From positions 6,355 to 70,354 of the forward strand of contig CAVRND010000008.1 of NCBI GenBank assembly GCA_963722495.1: a DNA stretch of 64,000 nt, read 5' to 3'. The first letter of the stretch is position 1; every line of letters starts with the position of its first letter. A program made the translations under genes and the position numbers. This document shows positions 28,386-39,747 of this stretch, piece by piece. The notes beneath the pieces were generated by a model. The model was not told where the DNA came from and ran no database searches. It saw nothing but the letters and a program-made list of their open reading frames with translations. Source of the stretch: an uncultured Alphaproteobacteria bacterium. Lineage in GTDB: Bacteria; Pseudomonadota; Alphaproteobacteria; Rhizobiales; Hyphomicrobiaceae.

Positions 28386-31300
28386 ATGCGTACGGTTTTC
28401 GGGGGGACTGCGTCCCACAAGCGGAGCCTGGTTTCCGGTGTCAGCGTCATCGCCCTTGCGACGGCGCTGAGTTTTGCATTTCCCGGTGGCGCGCTAGCGG
28501 CGCCCTGCAACGGAAGCGGCAACTCGATCAGCAGCGGGACATCGGGTCAAAACGATACCCCACCAGCCACCCCGACCGCCTGCACCAACAACACCGTGAC
28601 GGGCACAAATTCTCTCAATAACAACAGTCCAAGCGGATTAGCGGTCATCGTAGGTGGTGCGGCAACAGTCGGCACCCACAACAATGTTATCACAGGCAAT
28701 AATTCGGCCAACAACAACACCTCGAACGTTCTCGGACAGCCGGTCTCCGGATTTAAGAACAACACCGTCACTGGAAATGACTCCGCCAACGGAAACGACG
28801 CGTTTTTTGACTCCAACACGATAGTCGGAAATGGATCTGGAAACGATAACGGCGCAGGCTCCGATCACAACAACATCCAGGGCAGCAGCTCTGGCAACAA
28901 CAATGGGATCGAGTTTGACGCGAACAACATCCACGGCAACGATTTTGGCGAGGGCAACGGCGCCTATTTCCAGAATAACAACATCAACGGTAACAACTCG
29001 GGCAATGGGAACCAGACGCTAACCTTCCTGGGCGTCCCGGTGCCGGGGACCGGCGCCAGCAACAATACTATTGACGGTAACGGCTCAGGCAACAATAACG
29101 CGGCCCTTTTTCAGAACAATACTATCAACGGGAACAATTCTGGAAACGGTAACGCTGAGGGCTTTGGTGCGCTAGGCGGGAACACCATTACTGGAAATGG
29201 ATCAGGTAACAACAACGGTCTCGCGTCGTTCAATAATCACATCGCCGGCAACAACTCGGGAAATGGCAACGGTTTTGGTTTCGTCGGAAACACAATCTCC
29301 GGAAATGGTTCGGGCAGCAACAATCAGAGTGGGTTTCTGGGCAACACAGTAGTGGGTGACGGATCAGGAACCGGAAATGGTATCGGCGCCATAAATAACA
29401 GCATTGTTGGCGACGGCTCTGGCAACAACAACCAGGGCGGCTTCGTCGGCAACTCGGTGGTGGGTGACGGCTCGGGCAACGGCAACGGCATCGGCGCCAT
29501 CAACAACAGCATTTTCGGCGACGGCTCTGGCAACTCAAATGGCGGGGCCTTCGCAGGGAATTCGATCGTCGGCAACGGGTCCGGCAGCAACAATCAGATT
29601 GGGTTCGCTGGCAATACCGTGATCGGCGACGGGTCTGGTCTCCGGAACGGCCCGGCTGCAATCAACAACACGATCATCGGCGACTACTTCGGCAACGATA
29701 ACCAGGCCGGGTTCGCGTTGAATACGGTCATTGGCAACGGGTCGGGTAGCGACAACGGCACCGCGTTCATCGGAAATACGATTATCGGCAACGGGTCGGG
29801 CAACAGCGCCGGCAACGGAGTGCTCGGCAACACGGTCCTGGGCAACGGATCAGGCAACGATTACGCCGATGGTGCCAGCTTCAATACCGCGGTCGGCAAC
29901 GGCTCGGGCAACAACGTGGATGGCCTTGGCAACCTCGTGTTCGGCAATCTCTCCGGCAACCAAGTAACTGGCAGCGGAAACCAAGCCGCCGGCCTGCTGT
30001 CGGGCAACACGGTGAATGGCAGCTTCAATAGCGCGAGCGGTTTGATCGTCGGCAACGGAGTGACCGGCAACGTCAACCAGGCGGCCGGCACGCTCTCGGG
30101 CAACGACGTCACCGGTGACGGCAACCAAGCCTCCGGTATCGCTTCCGGCAACTTCGTCACTGGCAACCTCAACCAGGCCTCCGGCGCATTGTCGGGCAAC
30201 GGCATCACGGGCGACGGCAACCAGGCGAGCGGTATCGCCTCCGGCAACATCGTCCAGGGCAACGACAACATCGCCATCGGCAACTTCTCCGGCAACCTCG
30301 TCACCGGCGACGCCAACAAGGCGATCGGCGACGGCTCCGGCAACTTGGTCGAGGGTGACAACAACAAGGTCTTCGGTGACCTTTCGGGCAACGTGGTGCA
30401 AGGCAATCGCAACAGTGCCAACTCGTTCCTCTCCGGCAACTTCGTGTTCGGCAACGATAACAACGCTACCGGCACTCTGTCGGGCAACGTCGTGGTCGGC
30501 GATCGCAACACGGCGAATGGCGACGGCTCGGGCAACATCGTCGTCGGCAGCGACAACCAGGCGCTCGGCACGGCCTCCGGCAACCTCGTGTTCGGTAACG
30601 GCAACCAGTCGAGCGGCGTCGGCTCGGGCAACATCGTGGTCGGCGACGGCAACCAAGCCGACGGCATCCTGACCGGCAACATCGTTGTGGGCGACGGCAA
30701 CCAATCGAGTGGCGTCAACTCGGGCAATGTGGTCGTCGGCGACAACAACGCCAGCAGCGGCCTGCGCGTCGGCAACTTCGTGTTCGGCAACGGCAACTCG
30801 TCGGGCGGCACGGACTCCGGCAACTTCGTCGGTGGCGACAACAACCAAGCCTTCGGTGACACGGTTGGCAATTTCGTGCTGGGCTCGGATAACCAAGCCG
30901 CGGGCAACGAAGCCGGCAACTTCGTGCTCGGCTCCAACAACCAGGCGAACGGCACAACGGTCGGCAACTTCGTGCTCGGCACCTCCAATCAGGCTTCGGG
31001 CATCGACTCCGGCAACTTCGTTCTCGGCACCAACAACCTCGCCTTCGGTGACACGGTCGGCAACGGCGTAATCGGTGTGAACAACCAGGCCTCCGGCGCC
31101 AACTCCGGCAACGGCGTCCTCGGTGCCAACAACCAGGCGAGCGGCAATTTCACCGGCAACCTGGTTGTCGGTCTTGCCAACCAGGCGAGCGGCGCCTTCT
31201 CGGGTAACGGTGTGGTCGGCATCAACAACCAGGCCGACGGCCTCGGGGTCGGCAACAACGTCCTCGGCGTCGGCAACGCAGCGACCGGTACAGGCTCCGG

Positions 31301-32135
31301 CAACGGCGTCACAGGCGTCAACAACTACGCGGACGGCCTCGGGGTCGGAAACGACGTCGTCGGCTTCAGCAACCAGGCTGCCGGTGCCTTCTCGGGCAAC
31401 GGCGTGCAGGGCTTCGGAAACCAGACGAGCGGCGTCGGCTCGGGCAACGGCGTCACCGGCTTCGACAACCAGTCGAGCGGCGCTTTCGCGGGTAACGGCG
31501 TCACCGGCGCCAGCAATATCGCGGTCGGCACGGGTGCCGGCAACTTCATCACCGCCTCGAACACAACCTCAATCGGAACCGGCGCTCGCGCTGGTGCGAG
31601 AATCGTCGACCGCCATCGGCCCGGGCGCGCAGGTCAGCGACACGCACGCTCGCTCGACGGCTGTCGGCGCGGGCGCCCAGTCGGAGTTCGAGGACGAAGT
31701 GAGCCTCGGTGCGAAGAACGCCTCGCAGACCTACACGACACCGGGCATTACGTCGGGTCTCAGCAAGGCGCGCCAGACCGGGCCCGCTCGAGGTCGTCAC
31801 CTCTGACCAGGCTGGCCACCTCGCCACCGACGGCGGCCAGATCTTCAGTGCCCTCAGCGAGCTCAACGGCGGCGTCGCCATCGCCATGGCGCTGAGCAAT
31901 CCCGACCTCGTCGGCAACGAGATCTTCGGCATCGCCGGCAACGTGTCCTACTGGGAAGAGAACGTCGCCCTCGGCTTCAGTGCCATGGGCGTCCTCGGCC
32001 GCAACATGTTCGGCTCAGGGCGAGCGGCTGGCGGTATCCGGCGCCATCGGCTTCAGCCTCGACGAGAACACGTTCGGTCGCCAGGGCAGCAACAGCTCGG
32101 CCGGTGGCCGCGCCGGTGCCCAGCTGACCTGGTAA
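28386..32135 (+). CDS. Trimeric autotransporter adhesin with Gly/Asn repeat passenger, frameshifts ~31595, ~31780, ~32020
   Basis: Extended signal peptide; GN repeats; YadA-head motifs STAIGPGA and STAVGAGA; GGVAIAMAL; anchor ending GGRAGAQLTW. Confidence 0.85.
28660..31530 (+). repeat. Coding tandem repeats: ~18-aa period to ~29900, then ~16-aa period
   Basis: Example units GNTISGNGSGSNNQSGFL (18 aa) and GNDVTGDGNQASGIAS (16 aa). Confidence 0.85.
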
Positions 32136-32162
32136 GCGTTACCCTAGACGGCAGAACCCAAC

Positions 32163-32196
32163 GCGGCGCGGGCCTTCGGGCCCGCGTCGTCGTTTT
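32163..32196 (+). terminator. Rho-independent terminator after adhesin
   Basis: GCGCGGGCC-TTCG-GGCCCGCGT hairpin followed by TTTT. Confidence 0.7.
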
Positions 32197-32349
32197 GTGT
32201 GCACGCTTCTTGAGCAGAGCTCGAAGCGATGGCCTCCGCCCACTATTTAATCTCTCCTAAGACGTTCTTCCTACGCTCGCCTGGCCCTCTGTGCCTTGCG
32301 CCCGTCGGCGGCGCAGCACTACGTTGAGTGTGTGGTTGGTGGTCATGCC

Positions 32350-33637
32350 ATGGAAAAAGTTCTGACCGCAGTCTTGTCGGGGCTCGTCCAGCGCGGTTCG
32401 CTGACGATCGTGACTGCCCGCGGCAATGAGCACACCTTCGGCGACGGCACGGGCGAGGAGGTCCGCGTCCGCTTCATGGACGCCGGCGCCGAGCGTGCCA
32501 CGGTCCTCAATGCCGAGCTGCGCGTCGGGCGAGCTGTTCATGGACCGCCGCCTCGTCGTCGAGCGCGGCACGATCTACGACTTCCTCGAGCTCGTGCTGC
32601 GCGACGCCAAATCGCAGAAGCGCTCGCTCCCCGCGCGCATCCTCGGCAGCTACCGCTTTCTCACGCGCCGCATCATCAGCCGCAACAATCCGTGGCGCGC
32701 GCGCCGCAACGTCGCCCACCACTACGATCTCGATCGCCGGCTGTACGAGCTGTTTCTCGACCCCGACCAGCAGTACAGCTGCGCCTACTTCGAGCGGCCC
32801 GACAGCACGCTGGAGGAAGCGCAGCTGGCCAAGAAGCGGCTGATCACGGCCAAGCTGCTGGTCGAGCCGGAGAGCCGCGTGCTCGACATCGGCTCCGGCT
32901 GGGGCGGCCTCGGGCTGTACCTCAAAACCATCGGCGGCGCGCGCGAGGTGCAAGGCATCACGCTTTCCGCCGAGCAGCTGCAGGTGGCGCGCGATCGGGC
33001 CGAGCAGGCGGGGCTCGCAGACAGCGTGCACTTTGCGCTCCAGGACTATCGCGAGGTCGAGGGCCAATTCGATCGCATCGTCTCGGTGGGCATGTTCGAG
33101 CACGTCGGCCCGCGCTTCTACCAGGCCTACTTCGACAAATGCCGCGCGCTGTTGGCGCCGGACGGCGTCATGGTGCTGCATACCATCGGCCTGATGGACG
33201 GCCCCTGGTATCCCAACCCGTGGCTCGACAAGTACATCTTCCCCGGCGGGCAGCTGCCGGCGCTGTCGGAAATCGTGCCCGCCGTGGAGCGCGCCGGACT
33301 GATCGTCACCGACGTCGAGTGCCTGCGCCTGCATTACGCCGACACGCTCGCCAACTGGCGGGCCCGCTTCATGGCGCGGCGCGACGAGGCGATCGCCCTC
33401 TATGACGAGCGCTTCTGCCGCATGTGGGAATACTACCTCGCCTGCTGCGAGGCGGCATTCCGCTATCAGGACGTCGCGGTGTTCCAGGTGCAGCTGGCCC
33501 GCAGCCCCTATGCGGTGCCGCGCACGCGCGATTATATCGCCGAGGGCATGCAGACGCTGCGCCAGCGCGAGGCGGCCGCGTGGACGCCACGGCCTGCGTC
33601 CTCGGAGCCCGTGCCGCTCCGCAAGCAGCGGCTCTAA
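32350..33637 (+). CDS. cfa: Cyclopropane-fatty-acyl-phospholipid synthase, frameshift ~32528
   Basis: NVAHHYDL, YSCAYF, VLDIGSGWGGL, IVSVGMFEHVG, KYIFPGG, HYADTL, RMWEYYL. Confidence 0.92.
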
Positions 33638-33846
33638 TTGCACTTTTTGGATTAAGCCGGCCGCCGGGCGCGGTTGCGCGCGGCTTGGAATGGGGCCGGG
33701 CTTTGTCTATAGTCCGGACACCCGGGGGACGAGGCCGGCAGCTATCGAATTGTACCGGCTGCGCGCCGTGAGCGGCGCATGAATGGCGGGGCACGAGATC
33801 TCGGCAGCGCTGCTGTAACTGCGCCGGACGCGGAGGCACGGTTCGC

Positions 33847-35280
33847 ATGAGATGCCATCCGCTACGGTGGCTTTGGGGGCTCATTCCGGTTGCGATGCTG
33901 AGCTGGCTCGCGGTGCACCTGGAATCCGGCCGCCATCGAGCGCGATCTCGAGCACCGCAGCACGCTGGCGCTGGCCGCGGCCGGGCACGATTGGGCCTCG
34001 GTCGCCTTCTCCGGACGTGACGGGTTGCTCGTGGGGCGCGCCGCCGACGTTGGTCAGCGCGACCAGGCGGCGGCTGTCGTTGCCAATGTATGGGGCGTGC
34101 GCATCGTGGAGACGCGCGTTGCGCTGGCCGAGGGCGGCGATCCACCTCCGCCGATGCCCGAGCCGAAACCCAAGTCGGAGAAGGGGCCCGCGCCCTGGTC
34201 CAAGGTCGGCTTGCCCGTGGCCTCGGCGGCGAAGGAGCTCGAGCCGCACAGAACCCTGAACGACGTCGCACCGAGCGCGGTTGGCGGTCCGTCCGCCGAC
34301 GATGTCGTGCTGGCGACGGGCGATATCGGCGGATCGGTCGATCTGCCGCCGGCATCGACCGTGCAGGCACAAGATGAGGTCGAGCTGCCGGCGACTGCGA
34401 TTGCCGCGGAGACGGCCGGGGCAAAGCAAACGACCGCCTGTGGTCGAGGCCGGATACGTCCGTTGCCGAGGCCCGGCAGTCCCAGTCCCGGAGCACAAGC
34501 CCGCTGCCGCCGTGACGCCCCCGCCGACGGCGGTCGCCGCCGACCCGGCACCTGCCGCGCCCGTTCCAGAGCAGAAGCCTGCGGCGCCGCCGGCACCCGC
34601 CGCGACAGTTGCCGGAGCGAACCCCGCGCCGCCCGTGCCTGAGCACAAGCCTGACGCGGCGGCGGTGGTCCCATCGGCGCCAGTGGCGGCGCCCGAGCCG
34701 ACAGCGCCAAAGCCGTTGAAGAAGCCGGCCGCGGTCGTTCCTGACGCAAGACAGGCGCCCGCCGCAGTCCGCGGCCCCCGCTCCGCCGCTCCCCGAGCGT
34801 TCTCCGCGCTTTGAGACGGCGGCGTTACCTCCGGGCAACATTGGCCCAGAGGTCGATTGCATCGGCGCTGTTCGTGCCGCTGCCCAGCCGGTTGAGGTGC
34901 ACTTCGCGCACGGCCGCGCCAAGCTCGACAATGCAGGTAAAGCGCTGATTGACCGGCTGATTGGCGCGCTCAACACCTGTCCCGAGGCGGCGCTCAATGT
35001 CGCCGGGCATTCCGACGCCTCGGGTCACCCGCGCCGCAACCTAGTGCTCTCGAAGCGCCGGGCGCACACCGTCACCAGCTATATGATCCATAAGGGCATT
35101 GACGCGGGGCGGCTGGTCGCCATTGGGTATGGCGACAAACGGCCGGTGGCGCCCAACGACACGCAGGCGAACCGGGCAAAGAACCGCCGCATCGAAGTGG
35201 CGATCACCGCGCGCGCGGCGCCGTTGCCGCCGCTGCCGGTGCGTAAGCAGGGGACGGAGCATGGACTATCTCGTCGCTAA
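33847..35280 (+). CDS. BON + Pro/Ala linker + OmpA-like peptidoglycan-binding protein (ArfA-like), frameshifts ~33928, ~34435, ~34790
   Basis: N-terminal TM (RWLWGLIPVAMLSWLAV); BON-like segment (VAFSGRDGLLVG...VWGVRIV); OmpA domain GHSDASG, NLVLSKRRA, GYGDKRPVAPND, NRRIE. Confidence 0.8.
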
Positions 35281-35359
35281 TCTCGCCTGGTATACGGCCG
35301 GGGCATTCGCCGCCGGTTTCGTCGTGGCGTGGATCGCATGTGCCAAGGTGGAAGGCTGA
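35261..35359 (+). CDS. 32-aa membrane peptide (ArfB-like)
   Basis: RBS GGAG; MDYLVANLAWYTAGAFAAGFVVAWIACAKVEG; overlaps the OmpA gene end. Confidence 0.75.
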   Translation: MDYLVANLAWYTAGAFAAGFVVAWIACAKVEG

Positions 35360-35407
35360 CGCGTCGCTGAAGCGCGCAGTGCAAAGGTCGTTGGGGAGTT
35401 GTCGGTT

Positions 35408-36911
35408 ATGACGGAGCTGCTTTGGCAGTCGACGCTGCTGTTGGCGTTGGCGTTCTTTTTCGGTGCGGTTTTCGCCTGCGGCTTGAAGCGGCGCTATTGG
35501 TACGGTCCTCCGACGAAGAAGAGCGCGGTCGCCGTGTCCGGCGTCTCGCATGCGCCCGCACCCGACCAGCCGAAGATCGAGGTTGCGCCCCGTGCCGCGC
35601 CCGAGGGCGAGCGGTTCGGTCGCGCGATCAGCGGACAATCGGCCCCCTCGGCTGCCGCCGCTCCGGCACCCAAGCCGGCAGTCGCTTCGATGGCGGCGGC
35701 AATGTCCGCGCCCGCTGCCGCTCCCAAGCCCGTTCCGGCTCCGGCCGCCGCACCCGCCCCTCAACCGGCGGCGCCTGCTCCGAGCGGCTCCGCCTCCTCC
35801 GGCTGCCGCTCCTGCCGCCGCAGCGCCGCCGCCCGCCGCCGCCCCTCCCGCGCCGCCCATTTCGAGCATCTCCGTATCGACGGGCACCGGCGCGCCGGTG
35901 AAGCCGGACGCCGGTGGCGCCGGTCCCAGCGATGACCTGACGCGAATCCGCGGCATCGATTCAATCCTGCAGAAGCAGCTCAGGGAGCTGGGCCTGCGCC
36001 GCTTCTCCGACGTGGCCGCGCTCACCGCCGCCGACGTCAAAGGCCTCAACGACAAGCTGGGCGCCAAGGGCCGCATCGAGCAGGAGAACTGGCTCGGTCA
36101 GGCGCAGATCCTGGCGACGGGCGGGGAGACCTATTATTCGCGCCGCGTCGATCGCGGCATGCCGGTGCCGGAATTCGCCGAGCCGGCCTCGCTCGCCCCG
36201 GCGGCGCCGGCCTCGGCGCCCAAGGCCGCCGAGCCGGGCACGCTGCCGCGAAGCGCGACGGCGCGCGGCCCGAGCGATGACCTGACACGCATCCGCGGCA
36301 TTGATAGCGCGGCGCAGAGCCTGATCAACGAGCTCGGCATCCGTCACTTCCAGGAGCTGGCGACGCTCAATGCCGCCGATCTCAAGACGCTCAGCGACCG
36401 CCTCGGCGTTGCCGGGTCGTATCGAGAAGGAGAACTGGCTCGGGCAAGCGCAGATACTGGCGACCGGCGGCGAGACATACTATTCGCGTCGTCTCGGCAG
36501 TAGCGCCAAGCCGACGCCGTGCAACCCATTGCGGCGCCCACAGCCGCACCGGCACCCACCGCGACCGCTGCGCCGACGGTATCGCCGCCACCGTCGGCCG
36601 ATATGGGCTACCTGCGTTCGGTACGCTCCGAAGCGCTGGTTGGGTCCGACGCGGCGCGCGCCCCGCGCCCGACGGGCGAGGCGGACGACCTGAAGCGCAT
36701 CCGCGGCATCGGGGTCCTCATCGAGAAGAAACTCAACTCGCTCGGCGTCACGCACTACGAGCAGGTCGCCAACTGGACTGGCGCCGACATCGAGCGCATC
36801 AGCAACCTTCTCGACTTCAAGGGTCGCATCGAGCGCGAGAATTGGATCGAGCAGGCGCGCATCCTGGCGACCGGCGGGCAGACCGAGTTCTCCCGCCGCA
36901 GCGAGGCCTAA
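35408..36911 (+). CDS. Membrane-anchored protein with three helix-hairpin-helix domains (ArfC-like position), frameshifts ~35780, ~36420, ~36520
   Basis: N-terminal TM, Pro/Ala linkers, three repeats of DDL[TK]RIRGI...GRIExENWxxQAxILATGG. Confidence 0.8.
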
Positions 36912-36982
36912 CGACCGCGCGCGCTGTATTGGCGCGCCATTGGGGCTTGCGCGACAGCTGCGGCTAGCCTTCAGGTAGACGC

Positions 36983-38539
36983 ATGCCTGAATCGGTCTTC
37001 ACCTACGCCGACGACGAGGAGCGCGAGATCTGCGCCTTCCTCAGCGACCCCGCGTCGTACGGCAACGGCGCGCAAAGCGTCGACGTCGTCGAGACGCACA
37101 TCGCGCGCGTGTTCCTCGCCGGCGACGACGCCTACAAGCTGCGCAAGCGCGTGCACCTGCGCTTCGTCAACTTTTCCACCCTGCATTCCCGCCACTCCGC
37201 CGCCGTGCGCGAGATGGAGATAAACCGCCCGCACGCGCCCAACATCTATCTCGGGCTGGTGCCCATCATGCGCCACGAAGGGCGCCTGCACCTGGGCGGC
37301 CGCGGCGAGATCGTCGAATGGGCGGTGCACATGCGCCGCTTTCCGCAAGACGCCGTGCTCACCCACCGCGAGGAGCAAGGTCCGCTTTCTGATGACCTGT
37401 CGCGGGCACTCGCCGACATGGTGGCGCGCTATCACCAGGACAGCCCTATCTGCGAAGCCTGCGACGGTGGGCGCATCCTGGCTCCGGTCGTCGAGCAGCT
37501 GTCGGGAGCGCTGGCCTATGGGCACCCCGAGGTCGCCGCCGGATTGGTCACCGCCTTCGAGCGCGCGCGACCGCTACTGGCCGAGCGAGGCAATGCCGGC
37601 TGCGTGCGTCGCTGCCACGGCGACCTCCACCTCGGCAATATCGTGCTCATCGACAACGCGCCGGTGCCGTTCGATGCGCTCGAGTTCAGCGAGGCGCTCG
37701 CCACCATCGACGTGCTCTACGATCTCGCCTTCCTGCTCATGGATCTCGATGCCCGCGGCGATCGCCAAGCCGCCAACGCGGTGCTGAATACCTACGTTGC
37801 CTTCGAGCCGGTCGGGGGCGAGATCGAGGGGCTTGCCAGCCTGCCGTTGTTCCTCGCCTGCCGCGCCGGCGTGCGCGCCGTGGTGGCGATGGCGCGCACC
37901 GAGCAGCTGGAGGAAGAGCAGACGACCGAGCTGCGCGCCGAGATTCGCCGCAACGCCGGTCTCGCCGCCGGCTATCTAGCGCCACCGCCGCCGATCCTGA
38001 TCGCCGTCGGCGGTCTATCGGGGACCGGCAAATCGACGCTCGCCAACGTCGTTGCCGCGCTGGTCGGGGCGGCCCCTGGTGCGCTTCACCTGCGCAGCGA
38101 CGTGGAGCGCAAGCGCCTGTTCGGCGTGCCCGAGACGCAGCGTCTCGATCGTCAGCACTACCGCATCGGCACGGCGCAGCGCGTCTACAACATTATCGAG
38201 GACAAGGCGCGCCGCGCCCTCGCTGCCGGACATCCAGTCATCGTCGACGCTGTCTTCGCCAAGCAGGACGAGCGCACCGCGGTAGAGGCGATCGCGCGCG
38301 AGGTGGGTTGCGAGTTCGTTGGCTTGTGGCTCACGGCGCCTGCGGAAACGCTCATCTCGCGCGTCGAGCGGCGGCGCGGGGATGCCTCGGACGCTGATCG
38401 CCGCGTGGTGCGCGAGCAGCTGGGATATGACCTCGGCGACATCGCCTGGACCCAAATCGACGCTTCGCAGACGCCCGAGCACAGCCTCGCCGAGACGCGG
38501 CAAGCGCTCAGCGCAGCGGGTATCGTCTTAGTGGAATGA
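36983..38539 (+). CDS. Aminoglycoside phosphotransferase-like kinase fused to P-loop kinase
   Basis: VETHIARVFL, RRCHGDLHLGNI, DVLYDLAFLLMDL, GGLSGTGKST, LRSDVERK. Confidence 0.9.
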   Translation: MPESVFTYADDEEREICAFLSDPASYGNGAQSVDVVETHIARVFLAGDDAYKLRKRVHLRFVNFSTLHSRHSAAVREMEINRPHAPNIYLGLVPIMRHEGRLHLGGRGEIVEWAVHMRRFPQDAVLTHREEQGPLSDDLSRALADMVARYHQDSPICEACDGGRILAPVVEQLSGALAYGHPEVAAGLVTAFERARPLLAERGNAGCVRRCHGDLHLGNIVLIDNAPVPFDALEFSEALATIDVLYDLAFLLMDLDARGDRQAANAVLNTYVAFEPVGGEIEGLASLPLFLACRAGVRAVVAMARTEQLEEEQTTELRAEIRRNAGLAAGYLAPPPPILIAVGGLSGTGKSTLANVVAALVGAAPGALHLRSDVERKRLFGVPETQRLDRQHYRIGTAQRVYNIIEDKARRALAAGHPVIVDAVFAKQDERTAVEAIAREVGCEFVGLWLTAPAETLISRVERRRGDASDADRRVVREQLGYDLGDIAWTQIDASQTPEHSLAETRQALSAAGIVLVE

Positions 38540-38540
38540 C

Positions 38541-39692
38541 CTAGTAACGGCCGCCGACGGCGTTGGTCAGGCTGAGCGGATCGTGATCCGGCTTGTGGCG
38601 CTTGCGCGCATGCTTCTTGCCCTGCGTGGCCCGTGTGACCGGCTGCGTCACTTCCCCCACCGTCTCTTCGGGGCTGACGACCGGCGTGTTGGCGGTCGCA
38701 TGGGTGCCGCCTGCATGGACGCGCTCTCGCGCCACGGGCGCCAGCTCGGTGACGGCCGGCTCGCTCGTGTCCTCCAGAGACGTCGTCTGGATCGCGGCAA
38801 AGAACGGCACCAGCTTCGGCTTCTCGGCCACCGCGGCTTCACCTTTCTTGCCGGACTTCTTGGCCTCGGCGAGGGCGCGCTTGGCCTCCAGGTCGGCGGT
38901 CATAGCCGGCAGCGGCTCGAACACCGACTTGGAGCGCATGTGCACGATCTTGTAGCCGCGCTTCTTGAGCTCGGTGAGGATGGTCGGTAGGGCATGGGCC
39001 GTCGACGCCTTGATGTCGTGGAACAGCACGATGCCGCCATTCTGGCGCTCCACCTGATCGATGGTGCGGGCGGCGAGGCGGGACGGGCTACCGATGTAGC
39101 TGTCGTTCGAGACGACATCGACCGTAAAGGCGGCGATGCCCCGCTCCTGCAGGTGCGCCAGCAGCGGGCCGGAATCGCTCAAGCCAGGGAAGCGGAAGAA
39201 CGGAGCGATCGGCTGGCCCGCGGCGAGTGCCACGGCGGCAAAACCGCGCTCGATCTGATCCTCGGCCTTCTCGAGAGACAGCGCGCGCAAGTTGAGCGGA
39301 TGCGACCAGGTGTGCGTGCCCATGGTGTGGCCACGGCCCATCACCTCTTTGACCATGTCGGGATAGGCCTGCGCCATCTGCCCGACGTAGAAGAACGTCG
39401 CCTTGGTGCAGAACTTGTCGAGCGCGTCGAGGATCGGCTTGGTGTGCTTCGGCATCGGGCCGTCGTCGAATGTCAACACCACTTCCTTCGGCCCGAGGAA
39501 GCGTTCTTCCTTCTCGTACTTGCTGAAGGCGCCGTAGAGCGGGCCGGTCTTGGCGTCGATCTCGATGATGCGCGACACGCCAAGCGCGTCCTTCGGATTG
39601 GCGCAGGGCTCATCGGCCAGCGCTGGCGTGACGCTTGCACCGCAGGGGATGGCCATCAACAGGGCCAAGGAGTGCGAAAAACGGCGGATCAC
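38541..39692 (-). CDS. Polysaccharide deacetylase (CE4/NodB), exported
   Basis: LTFDDGP, HTWSH, FFRFP, LFHD. Confidence 0.92.
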   Translation of the reverse strand: MIRRFSHSLALLMAIPCGASVTPALADEPCANPKDALGVSRIIEIDAKTGPLYGAFSKYEKEERFLGPKEVVLTFDDGPMPKHTKPILDALDKFCTKATFFYVGQMAQAYPDMVKEVMGRGHTMGTHTWSHPLNLRALSLEKAEDQIERGFAAVALAAGQPIAPFFRFPGLSDSGPLLAHLQERGIAAFTVDVVSNDSYIGSPSRLAARTIDQVERQNGGIVLFHDIKASTAHALPTILTELKKRGYKIVHMRSKSVFEPLPAMTADLEAKRALAEAKKSGKKGEAAVAEKPKLVPFFAAIQTTSLEDTSEPAVTELAPVARERVHAGGTHATANTPVVSPEETVGEVTQPVTRATQGKKHARKRHKPDHDPLSLTNAVGGRY

Positions 39693-39747
39693 AGTTCACC
39701 TCGGTTGGTTCGGCGCCCGTTACTCAACCCGAAACTCACGCGATCGC

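Noticed and set aside
28660-31530. Periodic DNA as a CRISPR array or ice-nucleation gene
   Set aside because: Repeats are degenerate, codon-phased and inside an ORF, with no constant repeat plus unique spacers; the InaZ-type AGYGST consensus is absent.
31590-36530. Programmed frameshifting or phase variation in the adhesin, cfa and arf-like genes
   Set aside because: No long homopolymer or slippery tracts at the shift sites, and several shifts per gene; sequencing error is simpler.
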